Source: Trichoplax adhaerens (lineage: Eukaryota; Animalia; Placozoa). Taken from it: 64,000 bases of DNA. A model generated the notes under the pieces. It saw nothing but the letters and a program-made list of their open reading frames with translations. It searched no databases and was not told the origin of the DNA. Below, in pieces: positions 24,378-37,168 of this stretch. The stretch lies in NCBI RefSeq assembly GCF_000150275.1, contig NW_002060946.1, positions 2,995,454 to 3,059,453 on the forward strand, in the 5' to 3' direction. The translations under genes and the position numbers were made by a program. The number at the start of each line of letters is the position of its first letter. The first letter of the stretch is position 1.

Positions 24378-26410
24378 ATGGCAACACCGATGGCAACACC
24401 GGAGAAGCCTCAAATCGACTTTACGATCAATTTTGCGGATGTTTAGTTGGAGCGGTATTGGGCGATTGCTTCGGTGCTCCATTTGAAGATATTCCATTTG
24501 ATTCTATATCGTTAGATTCAGTCCAAAGATTTACACGTCAAGATTACAAGAAGAAACAAATACTCTTGTACACTGATGACACCGCCATGGCGAGATCGAT
24601 TGCAGACTCACTCTTATCGAACTAGTAATTTCCTAAAGTTTCCCTAAATTATACATTGCGTTGCTTTTCATCTTTAGGAGTACGTTATACGTAAAGTAGT
24701 AGGTGACTATAGGCACTTAGCCAGTCCTATAGCTAATAGTTGGCGCTAATAAAATTTTATCGTATTGTTATGTATTATGCAATTCTGTATAACTACTCAT
24801 CTCTACTGTTCATTGTAACAGTGGTTTTAATGGAAGTGATTTGGCTAGAAGATTTACTGAAGAATATTTTCATGATCCATCTCGTTACTATGGTGGGCAT
24901 ATTCCCATCGTTTTCGGAAATCTGCAAGCTTCTAACTATACTGATCCGGAAGGCCCTGCAAGCCAACAATTTAATGGTAGTGGTTCATTCGGAAATGGTT
25001 CTGGTATGCGTGTTGCTCCTGTTGCATTATTTGCTTACAATGCTTCCATCGAGGATGCTCAAGCGGTACTGTAATCTTAATCAACTGCACTACTTTCCAC
25101 TTGTGTTCAGCTTGCAATTCTACGCAGCTGTTCTGTAGATAATACTTTGCAATAGTATTTTGCAACTTTCTTATTCACTCCGAAACCTGGAGTGAATTCA
25201 GAGAAGCTAACTTACTCATAGCTAAAATTCATGTACAAGGTCAGCAAATTGGACTGCATAACGAAAATATGAAAGTAAAAGTTCTTTACAGTTAATTAGC
25301 GCTTGAGAGTAGACAGTAATTTTATAATCAATAGATAGACGTAGCTAAATAGCATAGTACGTTTCATACAGTACTGTACAGTACAAGTAATGCTAAATTT
25401 ACATTAATATGCTATTATACAATATTTATATTGTGGTGCTAATCACTCAAACTGCTATTGACACTACAGTATGTATTCTGCTGCCTTGCTTACCACAATT
25501 TACTATCTAAATCATTATAGTATTAATTTTCTTATTCTGTACGTATGCAGTTAGCCGCCAAAACCTCTAGAATTACTCATACACATCCTAATGGTGTAAA
25601 TGGAGCTATCATGCAAATGTTAGCTGTTCGTGAGAGCCTCACAATGGATGCTGCCCAAGGTCTTGACGTTTATGCTTTCCTTGATAAAATGCTAATATAC
25701 ATGGAAGATATTGAGCATACTCTACCAACCACAGTCACAGCATCCATGGAAGGAATGGATGAAAAAGAAAAAAATGTGTAAATACAGTCTAATATTCATG
25801 TATGATTGAATTAATCAATGTAACTTTTGAATCGTACAGACTGATATTTCTGATACACCCTTTATGACTTGTTATCGTCTGCGATAGCTATAGGTTAACC
25901 CATTTGAAAAACAGCAACACCAGTATGCAAGGTCGTTGCTCAACTTACGTAGAATCTCTGGTTAGAATGTATCGACTTTTACAAAAATCAAAATCTGTTA
26001 AAACCAAGTCTGTTTATAGGTAGTAAATTTTTGATACCATTTATTGCCTATCTTTTGATTGATTGATTCTATTACACTGATGAATTGCGATCTGAGGACA
26101 TTGTTACGTCACTTAATCTTTTAGAGCTCTTGGCAACGGTATAACTGCAATTGAAGCTATTCCCGCTGCTCTTATGGCCTTTTTATGCGTAGCTTGTGAG
26201 CCGAAAAATACGTTCATGGATGTAATTGAATATGCAATCGCCTTAGGCAACGATACAGATACTATAGCCACGATGGCAGGAGCTATTGCTGGAGGCTATT
26301 ATGGATATAATTCATTACCAAAGGATTGGATTGAGAAATGTGAAGGGAGTTCGTATGCGTTCGATCAAGCTGAAAAGTTATTCAACTATGTAATACAACG
26401 TGATAAATAA
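24378..26410 (+). CDS. ADPRS: ARH3-like ADP-ribosylhydrolase copy 1, 5 exons; ATG out of frame, possible young pseudogene
   Basis: Exons ~24378-24624, 24822-25065, 25551-25777, 25888-26019, 26125-26410. Motifs GCLVGAVLGDCFGAPFE, YTDDTAM, GSFGNGSGMR, ITH, LGNDTDTIATMAGAIAG. Confidence 0.85.
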
Positions 26411-27364
26411 TACCTACTTATAGATGGCATAAATGATTCACTGAAATAGAATAGATTTCATGAAATTGGATTATATTTTAAATTGAGCGATTGGAAACTT
26501 AGCGTATTGCGATCTTTATTATTATTTAAACTAAACTATTAACTATTTTAAATATTATCAAGCCTGACGACTTTATTAATTGGCATAGTAAACATGCACT
26601 GTATTGAGACCTTTGATTGATTCTAAACCGAATTTGCTCCTCCCTAGGAAATGCTTTTAAAACGTATTATTTTTAGTTATTTCACAACATTTATGATATA
26701 AAGTGTAATAAAAATTCAACTCTACTATTGCAATCCTCAAGTTTACGTTAAATTGCAAATAACCGATGAGGAATTAATATATTTCCAACTACTCCCAATT
26801 ACATAGCTTGCGGTCAAAATTTTCAATTTTATTCGTCAGTACTGATTTGGTAATAAATTGTAGAGTTGTAGCTTGACTATTCAATCCTTCATCTTTCAAA
26901 TAAAGGTATACTGTACAAGGAGTGTACTATAATATTTAATAAAAGTTTAAATAACACACAAATTTATCAGTAAAATTTGTAAATACACGTTGGCGCATAA
27001 ATAAATCAAAGTGTATAAAATAATAGATGTAGGAATGAAAACATTATAAATCTGTAATGTTATGACAGTCTTGTGTGTGTATAAGAAATTTTATCATTTT
27101 GAAGTTCAAATTAATTATTACGGTGCAGCTATAAGATGGTCCGGACCGTATGCTGGTGCAGCTTTGCAGGAATTGAAGCTGCTATTTTAGGACGAAATCT
27201 ATCGTAGGATTACTTTTTAAGGCCATAGAATATCGTTGTTTACTGGCCTGGTGGTAACACTCCATCAGCGATTGCTGCAATCAGATTTTACGGCCTTGAT
27301 AGCTAATCTGCATCTACTAGCAGCCAACTACTTATAAACTTGAAAAACTTTATTTGCATGGCAA

Positions 27365-27372
27365 TGACGTCA
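27365..27372. promoter_or_regulatory. CRE palindrome upstream of ARH3-like copy 2
   Basis: ATGACGTCAT 27364-27373. Confidence 0.6.
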
Positions 27373-27759
27373 TAATGATCGTCGCAGCTGCCAGCTGGAC
27401 AGAACCTGTCACAGAAGTACCGCAAGTCTTTGCCTAGTAGTCCAGCTCATTCATCGCTCAATTCTTATAATAATTCTATAATTACGTTTGCTAATCTCAT
27501 GCTGCAACTAACCAGCTACACGGACAGACTGTTGAATTCGACCAAGAACAACAACTGCAAATCATTAGCAGGAATAACATTGCTGCAGGGTTGGCAACGC
27601 ACAGGTATGTGTAGACCAATTGCTCTGCGTTGCTAAAGGTAGAACTATGCTCTTGTGAAACTTCTAAATAATAATGAATAGAAGGATATAAATAATATAT
27701 ACTTAATAATTTAGAATTGGATCAATACTAAAAATCTCTGCATTAGCAGCAATACCAAA

Positions 27760-29681
27760 ATGGTAACAATGACGAGAGCAGCCTCCAACCGGCTTCGTAA
27801 TAAATTTCATGGATGTTTAGTTGGAGCTGTATTGGGCGATTGCTTAGGTGCAATATTTGAAAATGATACTTTCCAAAGTATACCAATCGAAAAAGTTCAG
27901 AAATTTACACGTGAAGGCTATAAAAAACAGCAAGAACTCTTTTACACAGATGACACGGCCATGGCAAGATCGATTGCGGACTCGCTGTTATCTAAGAAGT
28001 ACAGTAAATTCCCTATCATTTCTCTAGTCGTAAATAAAGTTAACATACCTTCAATATGGATAGATAATTCAATTCTATCCTGACATAATATGGTACTAGT
28101 GTTTCTCATCATACGCGTACGCATATGATTAATTAATAGTGGCTTTCATGGAAGCGATATGGCCAAACGATTTACTGAAGAATATTTTCACAATCCATAT
28201 CGTGGCTATGGTGGCAATGTTCCTACTGTTTTCAGTAAACTAAGAGATTCTAACTATGCTGATCCAGAAGGCCCTGCTAGCCAACAATTTGATGGTAGCG
28301 GTTCATATGGAAATGGTTCTGCTATGCGTGTGGCTCCAGTTGCGTTGTTTGCGTATCATGATCCCGTAGAGGAAGCACAAACGGTACTGTTATTTCGATT
28401 AGCTGCAATGCCTTGTGTTGTTTTTATACTTTATTCAAGACTTATTTTCGTTCAGTTAATGGCAGATATACTGTAACTGATTCGTTTAATATGTAATAAC
28501 ATATTTCTATTATGGTAATAGACATTTATTCAGCGAATTATTGCATATAGAATAGTGCTACAATCTGAAGATTCGCTTGAGAACAAACGTATATAGACTA
28601 TCTAAAATCTGAATAAATGATTATTACTATCGTCTAACTGATTTATAGTACTCGTACGTTAACACTTTCAAATAACTGCAATATCTTTTTAGCTGATTTT
28701 GATGTTATTTATTATCGATAATTTGCGTTCAATCTACTATCAAAATCGTTACAACAATAACTAGTAACAACGTCCTATTTTCTATTTGCAGATAGCTGCC
28801 AAAACTTCTAGAATTACTCATACACATCCTGATGGTGTAAATGGAGCTATCATGCAAATGTTAGCAGTTCGTGAAAGTGTCATATTAAATGTTAGTCAAG
28901 GTCTTGATGTTTTCGCATTCCTTGATAAAATGTTGATTTACATGGAAGATATTGAACATACTTTACCAACGAACGCCATAGCAGCTATAGAAAGAATGGA
29001 TGAAGCAGAAAAAAACGCGTAAGATAGTATATCACAGATTTATTCAAGCATAACTAATGCGGCCTTTAAATTGCAACTATCAATTCTATATTGACTTAAT
29101 GCGCTTAAATGTGTCCTTTATCTCTTGTTATCGTCTATACTACGGTAGTCGTAGGTTATCTCAATTGAAAAATAGCGATACTAGTATGGAAAATCGTTGC
29201 TCAAGTTACGTAGAATCTCTGGTTAGAATGTGTAGGCTATTCCAGGAATCAAAATCTATTAACTCTGAAGTTGTATATAGGTGATTTTTATGGCATTTAA
29301 TTCTCTACCTATAGCTATTGGGAGATTCATTTAATTGAGATATTGCGGTCTGTCTTAATGCACTATTACAATACTTGACTTTATAGAACCTTTGGCAACG
29401 GTATAGCTGCCATTGAAGCCGTCCCGGCTGCTCTTATGGCCTTTTTGTGTATAGCTTGTGAGCCGAAGAGTTCATTCATGGATGTAATCGAGTATGCAAT
29501 ATCTTTAGGCGGCGATACAGATACTATAGCTACGATGGCAGGAGCTATCGCTGGAGGTTATTATGGATGCGACTCAATACCCAATGGATGGATTGAAAAA
29601 TGTGAAGGAACTGCATATGCGTTACAGCGAGCAGATAACTTGTTTGGCTACGCAGTGCAGCGCTATACATTTATCAGTTAG
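27760..29681 (+). CDS. ADPRS: ARH3-like ADP-ribosylhydrolase copy 2, intact and most canonical
   Basis: Same 5-exon structure. GCLVGAVLGDCLGAIFE, YTDDTAM, RGYGG, GSYGNGSAMR and LGGDTDTIATMAGAIAG all match ARH3 motifs. Confidence 0.93.
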
Positions 29682-31157
29682 GACTTTAGCCATTTATAGC
29701 CTGTACTGTTATATAAACCTTTAACCATTTAAAACCGCATCAAGCTTGATGATTTAATTAAATGAAATAATCAAAATGTGTGATGGATGAACATCACGGC
29801 TTGTAATTTGTATGATTCAGAAAAATGAAAGCATTTTTCTAGACATAACGACTTTAAAGCATACAGCATCTCTACTATGACATGCAGTATCACGATAATT
29901 ATATTCTGAAATTCCAATCGTTGAGATAGTCATGTAGACTAGAAGACATTTAACTATTAACATTTCATCTCATTGTTCATAAAATATCGTGCAGTTCACG
30001 TAAATAATTTACAATTTTACATGTTAGGAGTAGGGTAGGCCATGATACCAATATCTTTTATTTTATTTTCTAACAACGATTAATTATACACAAGGCGAAT
30101 ATCTTCCAACGAATCTGCAAATTTTAGCAATCGAATTTAATTTTACCGGACTTTACGTTGTTGCGTTAACCTAAATGTAAACATTGAACACATATCGTAT
30201 ACTGGTGATAAACATAGTATTTTAGAATACCTTTTAGTAATATGAAATTTAATCAACTATATAAATTGATTTAAAAAGTAAATGAAAAGTATTCTATTGA
30301 CATACAGTAGCTAGTATGGACCTTATTCAGGCAATTGTTACTCTAAGCTGCCCACTGTCTGTATTGGTTAGTAGCTAAAAAGGGATAATGATTCCTTATA
30401 CTTCTGCTCCGTTATTTTAAGGGGTTTAACTTAATTTACGTAGAAATGCTCTTAAAACCCTGCACTAGTGATCAGTTATTTTTTCAGGCACCATAGAATA
30501 CTATTTTGATTGATTTTATACAGTACAGTACACTCTTTCATTTTGCAATACAAACGTATGGATCGATCGATGTGCACGGTGATTGGTCAGCCGTAACTTT
30601 ACAGATCATGTCTGAAAAAAGGTCTTCTATAGAGCTAATAATAATTATAATTATAATTAATGCTACTTTGAACGGATAGCTTCTCGCTTAATTTACTACG
30701 CAATAAATAGTCTGGTTTGCATGGCGTGTTCTAAATTTATAACGAGAAAAAGTAGAACTGTCACAGAAAACAATATACGCTACTGTACTACGAGCTCATT
30801 GTCACAATTGTCAATCGTTCAATTATACTCAATATACATAAACATTAGCTATCACTTTTTAGATAATATTATGCAAGTATGTTGGTATCTATTAAAAATA
30901 TGTAAAATGGTATAGATAAATTACTATAAACACATTCCTAGATAAGTTATCTTATGGAAACTATGTTACGACAGCTAGGCAAAAATTACTCCATAAAGAA
31001 GCTAGCTAGCCTAGAAATGCTGCGATCTCAAGTTCACTATAACCTACCAATCAGTTGGTTATTGCAGGTTGGACAAGTCTATCGAAAGTATGAAAAGTAT
31101 GAGAATGATTAAGATCTCCATTTTTAGCAGTCAGTAGCTACGCAACTGAAGGTGTTG

Positions 31158-31165
31158 TGACGTCA
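31158..31165. promoter_or_regulatory. CRE palindrome upstream of ARH3-like copy 3
   Basis: GTGACGTCAT 31157-31166, ~60 bp before the ATG. Confidence 0.6.
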
Positions 31166-31226
31166 TTAGCCATGAAAGGCTTAAAAGCTTAATTAATGTT
31201 ACCATGCAACTGAGAAAGTATTTTAC

Positions 31227-33365
31227 ATGAATATCGTAATGGCGAACTTGGACCAGGCAGCATCAGATCGGCTTCGCAATAAATTTCGCGGATGTTTAGT
31301 GGGAGCAGTATTGGGTGATTGCTTTGGGGCAAATTTTGAAGATACTGCTCTTCGATTCATATCATTGGAAAAAGTTCGGAAATTTACGCGTGAACGTTAT
31401 CAAAAACAAGAAGTACTCTTATACACGAATGATACCGCCATGACTAGATCGCTTGCAGATTCGTTGTTATCCAATGGGTAAATTTATTAACATACGTGTT
31501 CTCTAATTGCACAGTACAATATATTGTGCCATGTAGTAATATTTCTATAATAGAAATAGAGATAACTCTTACTCTTATATAATGCGATTCTGCAATTTAC
31601 CAATTCTCCGATCTCATCATGCCATTAACAGTGGCTTCAATGGAACTGACATGGCTAAACGATTTGCGGAAGAATATTTTAATGATCAATCCCGCTTTTA
31701 CGGAGGCCATGTTCCGGACGTTTTTTATAAGTTACAAATGTCGAACTATACTGATCCAGAAGGCCCCGCTAATCAACAATTTGATGGTAGTGGTTCGTAT
31801 GGAAATGGCTCTGCTATGCGTGTTACTCCCGTCGCATTGTTTACTCACAACCGTTCGATCAAGGAAGCTCAAACGGTACAGTAATTTGAATAAATTGCTG
31901 CACTTTCGTATTATTTCTTATCCACACACAGACTGTAATCTTACATGGTTGTTATGTAGGGAAATAATTTATCTCAGCTGCAATGTGATAAGTCATATTA
32001 AAGAGAAAATTATTTCAATGCAAAGTTAAATGTAGTGAGCAATATCGGGAAATCGAAGCAGTGTAACGATTAACGAAGAGTTAATAGTGCTCTATCTTAA
32101 CGTTATAAGCTGTAGTTAACAGAAAATATTTACAAACTGATACATAACAGAAGTTTCAGGAACGAACTAAAAATTTATTATTTTTAACACTCGTACTGGA
32201 TTTTGTTAATAACGATGTAACTTATGTCGTTTTTAATGTACTTGTACAGAATTGACTACGCCTACTGGGATATAAAATAATGTACCAATATTAAACCTCC
32301 GCCGCGATTGTACAGTACATACTTTGCGATCTAAAATCTGAATAGATAGATATTAACATCATATAAACTCTTAATTGTTTTCACATTAGCTTACAAATAA
32401 GTAAGTTAATTTAGCTCTGTTTATTATTAGCGCCATGGCTTATTATAATTTACTATCTAAACTAATAAAGTAATTTCTCTGTTCTGTACGCAGCTAGCGA
32501 CCAAAACCTCTAGAATTACTCATACACATCCCGATGGTATAAATGGAGCTATCATGCAAATGTTAGCTGTTCGTGAAAGTCTCATGCTTAATGCTGACCA
32601 AGATCTCGATGTTTTTGCTTTCCTTGATAAAATGCTGATCTATATGGAAGATATCGAACATACCCTACCCACAAATATTACAGCCGCTATGGAAGGAATG
32701 GATGAAGTAGAAAAGAATAGGTAAATGCAGTATACGTGTATATGGTAATTATCCACACATGCTGTAGTTAATACAGCTTGCAGGTACAGATGTTTGTATT
32801 CATGGTTTGTTCTTTATGACCTGCTATTGTCTCAATAATAACAGTTATAGGTTAACGCATTTGAAAGAGACTGATACTAGCATGGAAGATCGTTGCTTAA
32901 CTTATGTAGAATCTCTGGTCAGAATGTATCGGCTTCTACAGGAATCAAAATCTGTCGAACGTGAAGTTGTGTGCAAGTAATAAATTTTAAATTTCGTTGT
33001 ATTATCTATCCATTACCTGAAACTAGTTTTACACTTCAAAATTTAAATCCAAATATTGCAACTTTTGCTTATCTTGTAGTGCTTTTGGTAATGGTATAGT
33101 TGCGATCGAAGCAGTTCCAGCTGCTGTTATGGCCTTTTTATGTATAGCTCGTAAGCCGAATAACACGTTCATGGATGTTATTGAGTATGCATTATCTTTA
33201 GCTGGCGATACAGATACTGTAGGTTCGATGGCAGGAGCTATTGCTGGATGCTTCTACGGATACAATTTATTGCCAAAGGGTTGGATTGAAAAATGTGAAG
33301 GAACTACGTATGCGTTCGATCAAGCCGATAAATTATTCGACTACGTAATGCAACACGATAAATAA
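31227..33365 (+). CDS. ADPRS: ARH3-like copy 3, intact reading frame, TDD changed to TND
   Basis: Five exons splice in frame; YTNDTAM, RFYGG, GSYGNGSAMR, LAGDTDTVGSMAGAIAG. Confidence 0.9.
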
Positions 33366-34338
33366 TACCAACTTATGAACTGTATAAAAGGTTAACTGAA
33401 ATTTGAGAAGTGTTATGAAATAGGAATATAGTTTTAAATTACACAGTTACCGTAAAACCTCAACTGCATTTAACCTGTCCTGTCATTAAAAATTTTTATT
33501 TATTTTAAACATTTCTAAACATGACGATTTCAATTAAGTATGATAAATAAATATATATTGATTGATGATTGTTGCTACATATAGTTTTGAATACCTTAGT
33601 AAAAACAAAGCTGCTTTTCATATACATCCATATTAAATACAATTGAGTTATACTAGCATGAAGTATCACAATAACAATCGATAGACGAGCTATAATTAAG
33701 CCTGACTGCTTACGAGAAATGCAGTTCGCGTAGAGAATAAACAATTTTACCTACTGGCAACAATTGTAATTACAAGTATATTATCTAATTTCTAATCATG
33801 AACAAGTAGCGGGATGGAACACTATTCTCATAATAATTAGGTTAAGTTATTGGCTGATTTGGTAAAGACATTCTACGAAATCTGCAAATTTTGCAAAGTG
33901 ATTTTTGTTTTACGGGGCCCGTTGATTTTAGTACAAAGGTATAAACGCCCTTATGGGCTTATGACCACAACAATCGGCCATAGAAGCATAGTCAATAATT
34001 AGAATATGAGTCAGATGCAATGAATAATTATAGTATAGAAGAATATCCATCAAAACGTGGAGTGATATAGTCACTTTTTTAACATTAGAAGTAAATTTGT
34101 TGATGGCTCTTGCAAGGAAACTTACTACTGGATTTCCTTCAGTAATTGCAATCTATTAATTATCGACTGCTTATGTAGCAGCTAAGCCTAAACAGAAACA
34201 ACTACGTGACGATATTTGTATTGTTATTATCAGCTATTATAATTATTAATTATTATTTTATGAATTGATTATCTTTCAATTAGAATACAGTACAATTACT
34301 TATAAAATAGATATGTCTAGCATTCGCTGTGATAACCA

Positions 34339-34346
34339 TGACGTCA
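34339..34346. promoter_or_regulatory. CRE palindrome upstream of ARH3-like copy 4
   Basis: ATGACGTCAT 34338-34347, ~50 bp before the ATG at 34397. Confidence 0.55.
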
Positions 34347-34396
34347 TCCGGACAAGATCACTAGAGTAAACTAAGCAAACGAGTAGAAATATCGTA

Positions 34397-37168
34397 ATGG
34401 CTACAAAGATGCAAACAGCATCTGATTGACTTCGCGATCAATTTCGTGGCAGTTTAGTTGGAGTACAGTAGTACCTGGCGATTGCTTAGGTGCTAAATTG
34501 AAGACACTTCATTTCAATTTATGTCAGCCATAATGGTGCAGAAGTTTATAAGTAAGGGCTACAAAGAGGAAGCAATACGCTTGCATGTAGATGCTACCGT
34601 CATGATAAGATCGATAGCAGATTCGCCGGTGTCTGATAGGTAATCTCCTAACATCTCCTATCGTATAGTATATCCCAGGTCTCCCTCTCTAAAACTCCCA
34701 ATCTTTATACCCTCGACCGCAGATTATACCCGGTAACCCTCCCTCCATTAAAACTCTCGGCTTTTATACCCTCGACGGCAGATTATAGTCTGTAGGGTGT
34801 CTGCAGAATCTACAACAAGCCTTCCTAACACTTAAAAGTCCTAACCATTAAGCATTGTACTGTAGTTTCTTAACATAGCTATTCTAGTCATACTGTAGGT
34901 ATTGTACTAATCTTAGCACTTGCTAAATGTCAGTTATGCACATGCAGTAGTACAGTGTTCCTTCTTTAGTAGCCTCTGGTATAAGTCTGTTTGTACAGAC
35001 TGCATGGGTTAGTATTTGTTACGATTTCAGCTAATTACAGTAGTAATGTGGTAGGAAATACAGTAATAGTATGTCGAGTGGAACTGTACATCTCAATAAA
35101 GTAAGTGTTGATTACGCACGCTACAATAGCATTATAATTATTAATGATAGAAGGGCTTAGAATAAATGCAATAATCTGGCTTAGATTACCAGTTTATAAA
35201 CGAGTATAATCTTATGTTGACACTATACGATACTATTCTATACAACTCCTTCTTGAATATTTAATTGACAATGGCTTTAATGGAAGTGATATGGCCAGAA
35301 GATTTACTAAAGAATATTTTCAAGATCCATCTCGTTACTATGGAGGCCATGTTAATACTATATTTAATACATTATGAGTATCAAATTACCCTGATCCAGA
35401 AGGCTCTGCTAGCTAATAATTTCACTGTAGCGGTTCATATGGAAATGGTTTTGCGATGCGCGTTGCTCCCGTTGGGTTATTTAATTACAAGAGTTTCATC
35501 GAGGAAGCTCAAACAGTAACATAATTTTAATTTCAATCAACTATTATGCCTTATCTATGTTGTATGTATACATGTCTAAGCTGCTACTTTACTCAACTGT
35601 TATGCAAGTTATTATCGTGTAAATGTGTTTAATACGATAAATTGTACTGTATATTTCTATAAAAGATTTATTCACTGCGAAATTAAAATTACTGTATAAA
35701 GTTAGAAAAATTGAGCAGTATAAAGAGGAGTCGATACCGTTCAAATCCTGCGCTATATACTATATTACTATATCATAAATGCTTAACTGAGAATGCTGAA
35801 CGAATAATATACTACGGAACCTTACTAAGCGAAATAAAGAGATTTTAAAACTCTTAATAACATTTGATAGTAACAGCGGTATTGGTGTACCGCTTGTAAT
35901 ATGCTTCTTCGTTATATAATTAATCAATGAGTAATTAAATAAAGGCAATTAAAAAGTTCTCTATATCTTTACTTTATACTACTATTAAACATACAACAAT
36001 GTATTTTATTAGTAAAAATAATATATTCGATTGTAGAAATATTAATATACACTGTATGCATGCATGTATTATAGTATATACTGCACGATTACATTTTTCT
36101 TCTAAGTATTATGGCAGAATGTAACTTCGTTTAGAAATAAAACATATTTTATGATCTTAAATCCGAACAAATGCATATTGCTGTCTTCTACACTTTCTTA
36201 ATTATAGTTTCGTACGGTGTACATATACATTGACGATGCTTAACTATCAACGCATTGCTTTTTATACTTTACTCTTTACTGTAAGTATGTGTAATAAATA
36301 TATTATTGATTCATTCTATGTATAGCTAGCCGCTCAAACCTCTAGAATTACTCATACGCACCCTGATGGTGTAAACGGAGCTATCATGCAAATGTTAGCT
36401 ATTCGTGAGAGCCTAGCAATCAATGCTGAATGAGGTCTTGATGCTTTTGTTTACCTTGATAAAATACTGATCTATATGGAAGATATTGAATTTAGCTTAC
36501 CAGCGAAAATCACGGCAGCTATGAAAATAATGGATGAGTGGGAAAAGAATGTGTAAATATAGTATACCACTCAACCATTTATGTGTAACTTAATGTAGCT
36601 ATTAAAATACTGATGCTAATATCCTTATATTCCTTTTATCACTCGTTACCGTCTTATATAACGATAACTACAGGTTAGCACATTTGAAGAAGAGTGATAT
36701 AAGTATGGAAAATCGTTGCTCAAGTTAGAGTCTCTAGTTCGAATGTATCGAATTTTACAAAACTCAAAATCTGTTAAAACTGAAGTTTTATATAGATAAC
36801 GAGTTTTAGCGATATTCTCTATCGATTAATTGATTCTATTACACTAAAAAACAGTTTGGACTGAGCATACTGTATTTGTTATGCATCGTGGAACTTTCGG
36901 TAATTGTGTCGCCGCAATTGTATCTGTTCCAGCTGCTCTAATGACCTTTTTATGTATGGCTCTTAAGTCAAAAAATTCATTCTTGGATGTGATTGAATAT
37001 GCAATATCGTTATGTGGTGATACAGATACTATAGATATGAAGGCAGAAGCTATTGCCGGATGTTATTATGGGTATAATACATTACGAAAGCGTTGGATTG
37101 AAAAATGTGAAAGAACTGCAGTAGATCAAGCTGACAAATTATTGGGACTATGCAAGGCAGTGCGGTAA
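34397..37168 (+). pseudogene. ARH3-like copy 4, unprocessed pseudogene
   Basis: In-frame TGA at ~34427, ~35375 and ~36430; +5 nt at 34466; exon-2 acceptor AG>AA (gacaa|tggc, ~35271); deletion in exon 4; exon-4 donor GT>AT (~36796); YTDD degraded to HVDA. Confidence 0.92.
34681..34787. repeat. ~59-bp direct tandem duplication in pseudogene intron 1
   Basis: ctccctc..taaaactc....tttataccctcgac[c/g]gcagattata occurs twice. Confidence 0.8.

Noticed and set aside
34397-37168. Selenocysteine recoding (SelJ-like) of the TGA codons in ARH3 copy 4
   Set aside because: The TGAs replace Arg/Gln-type codons and co-occur with frameshifts and dead splice sites
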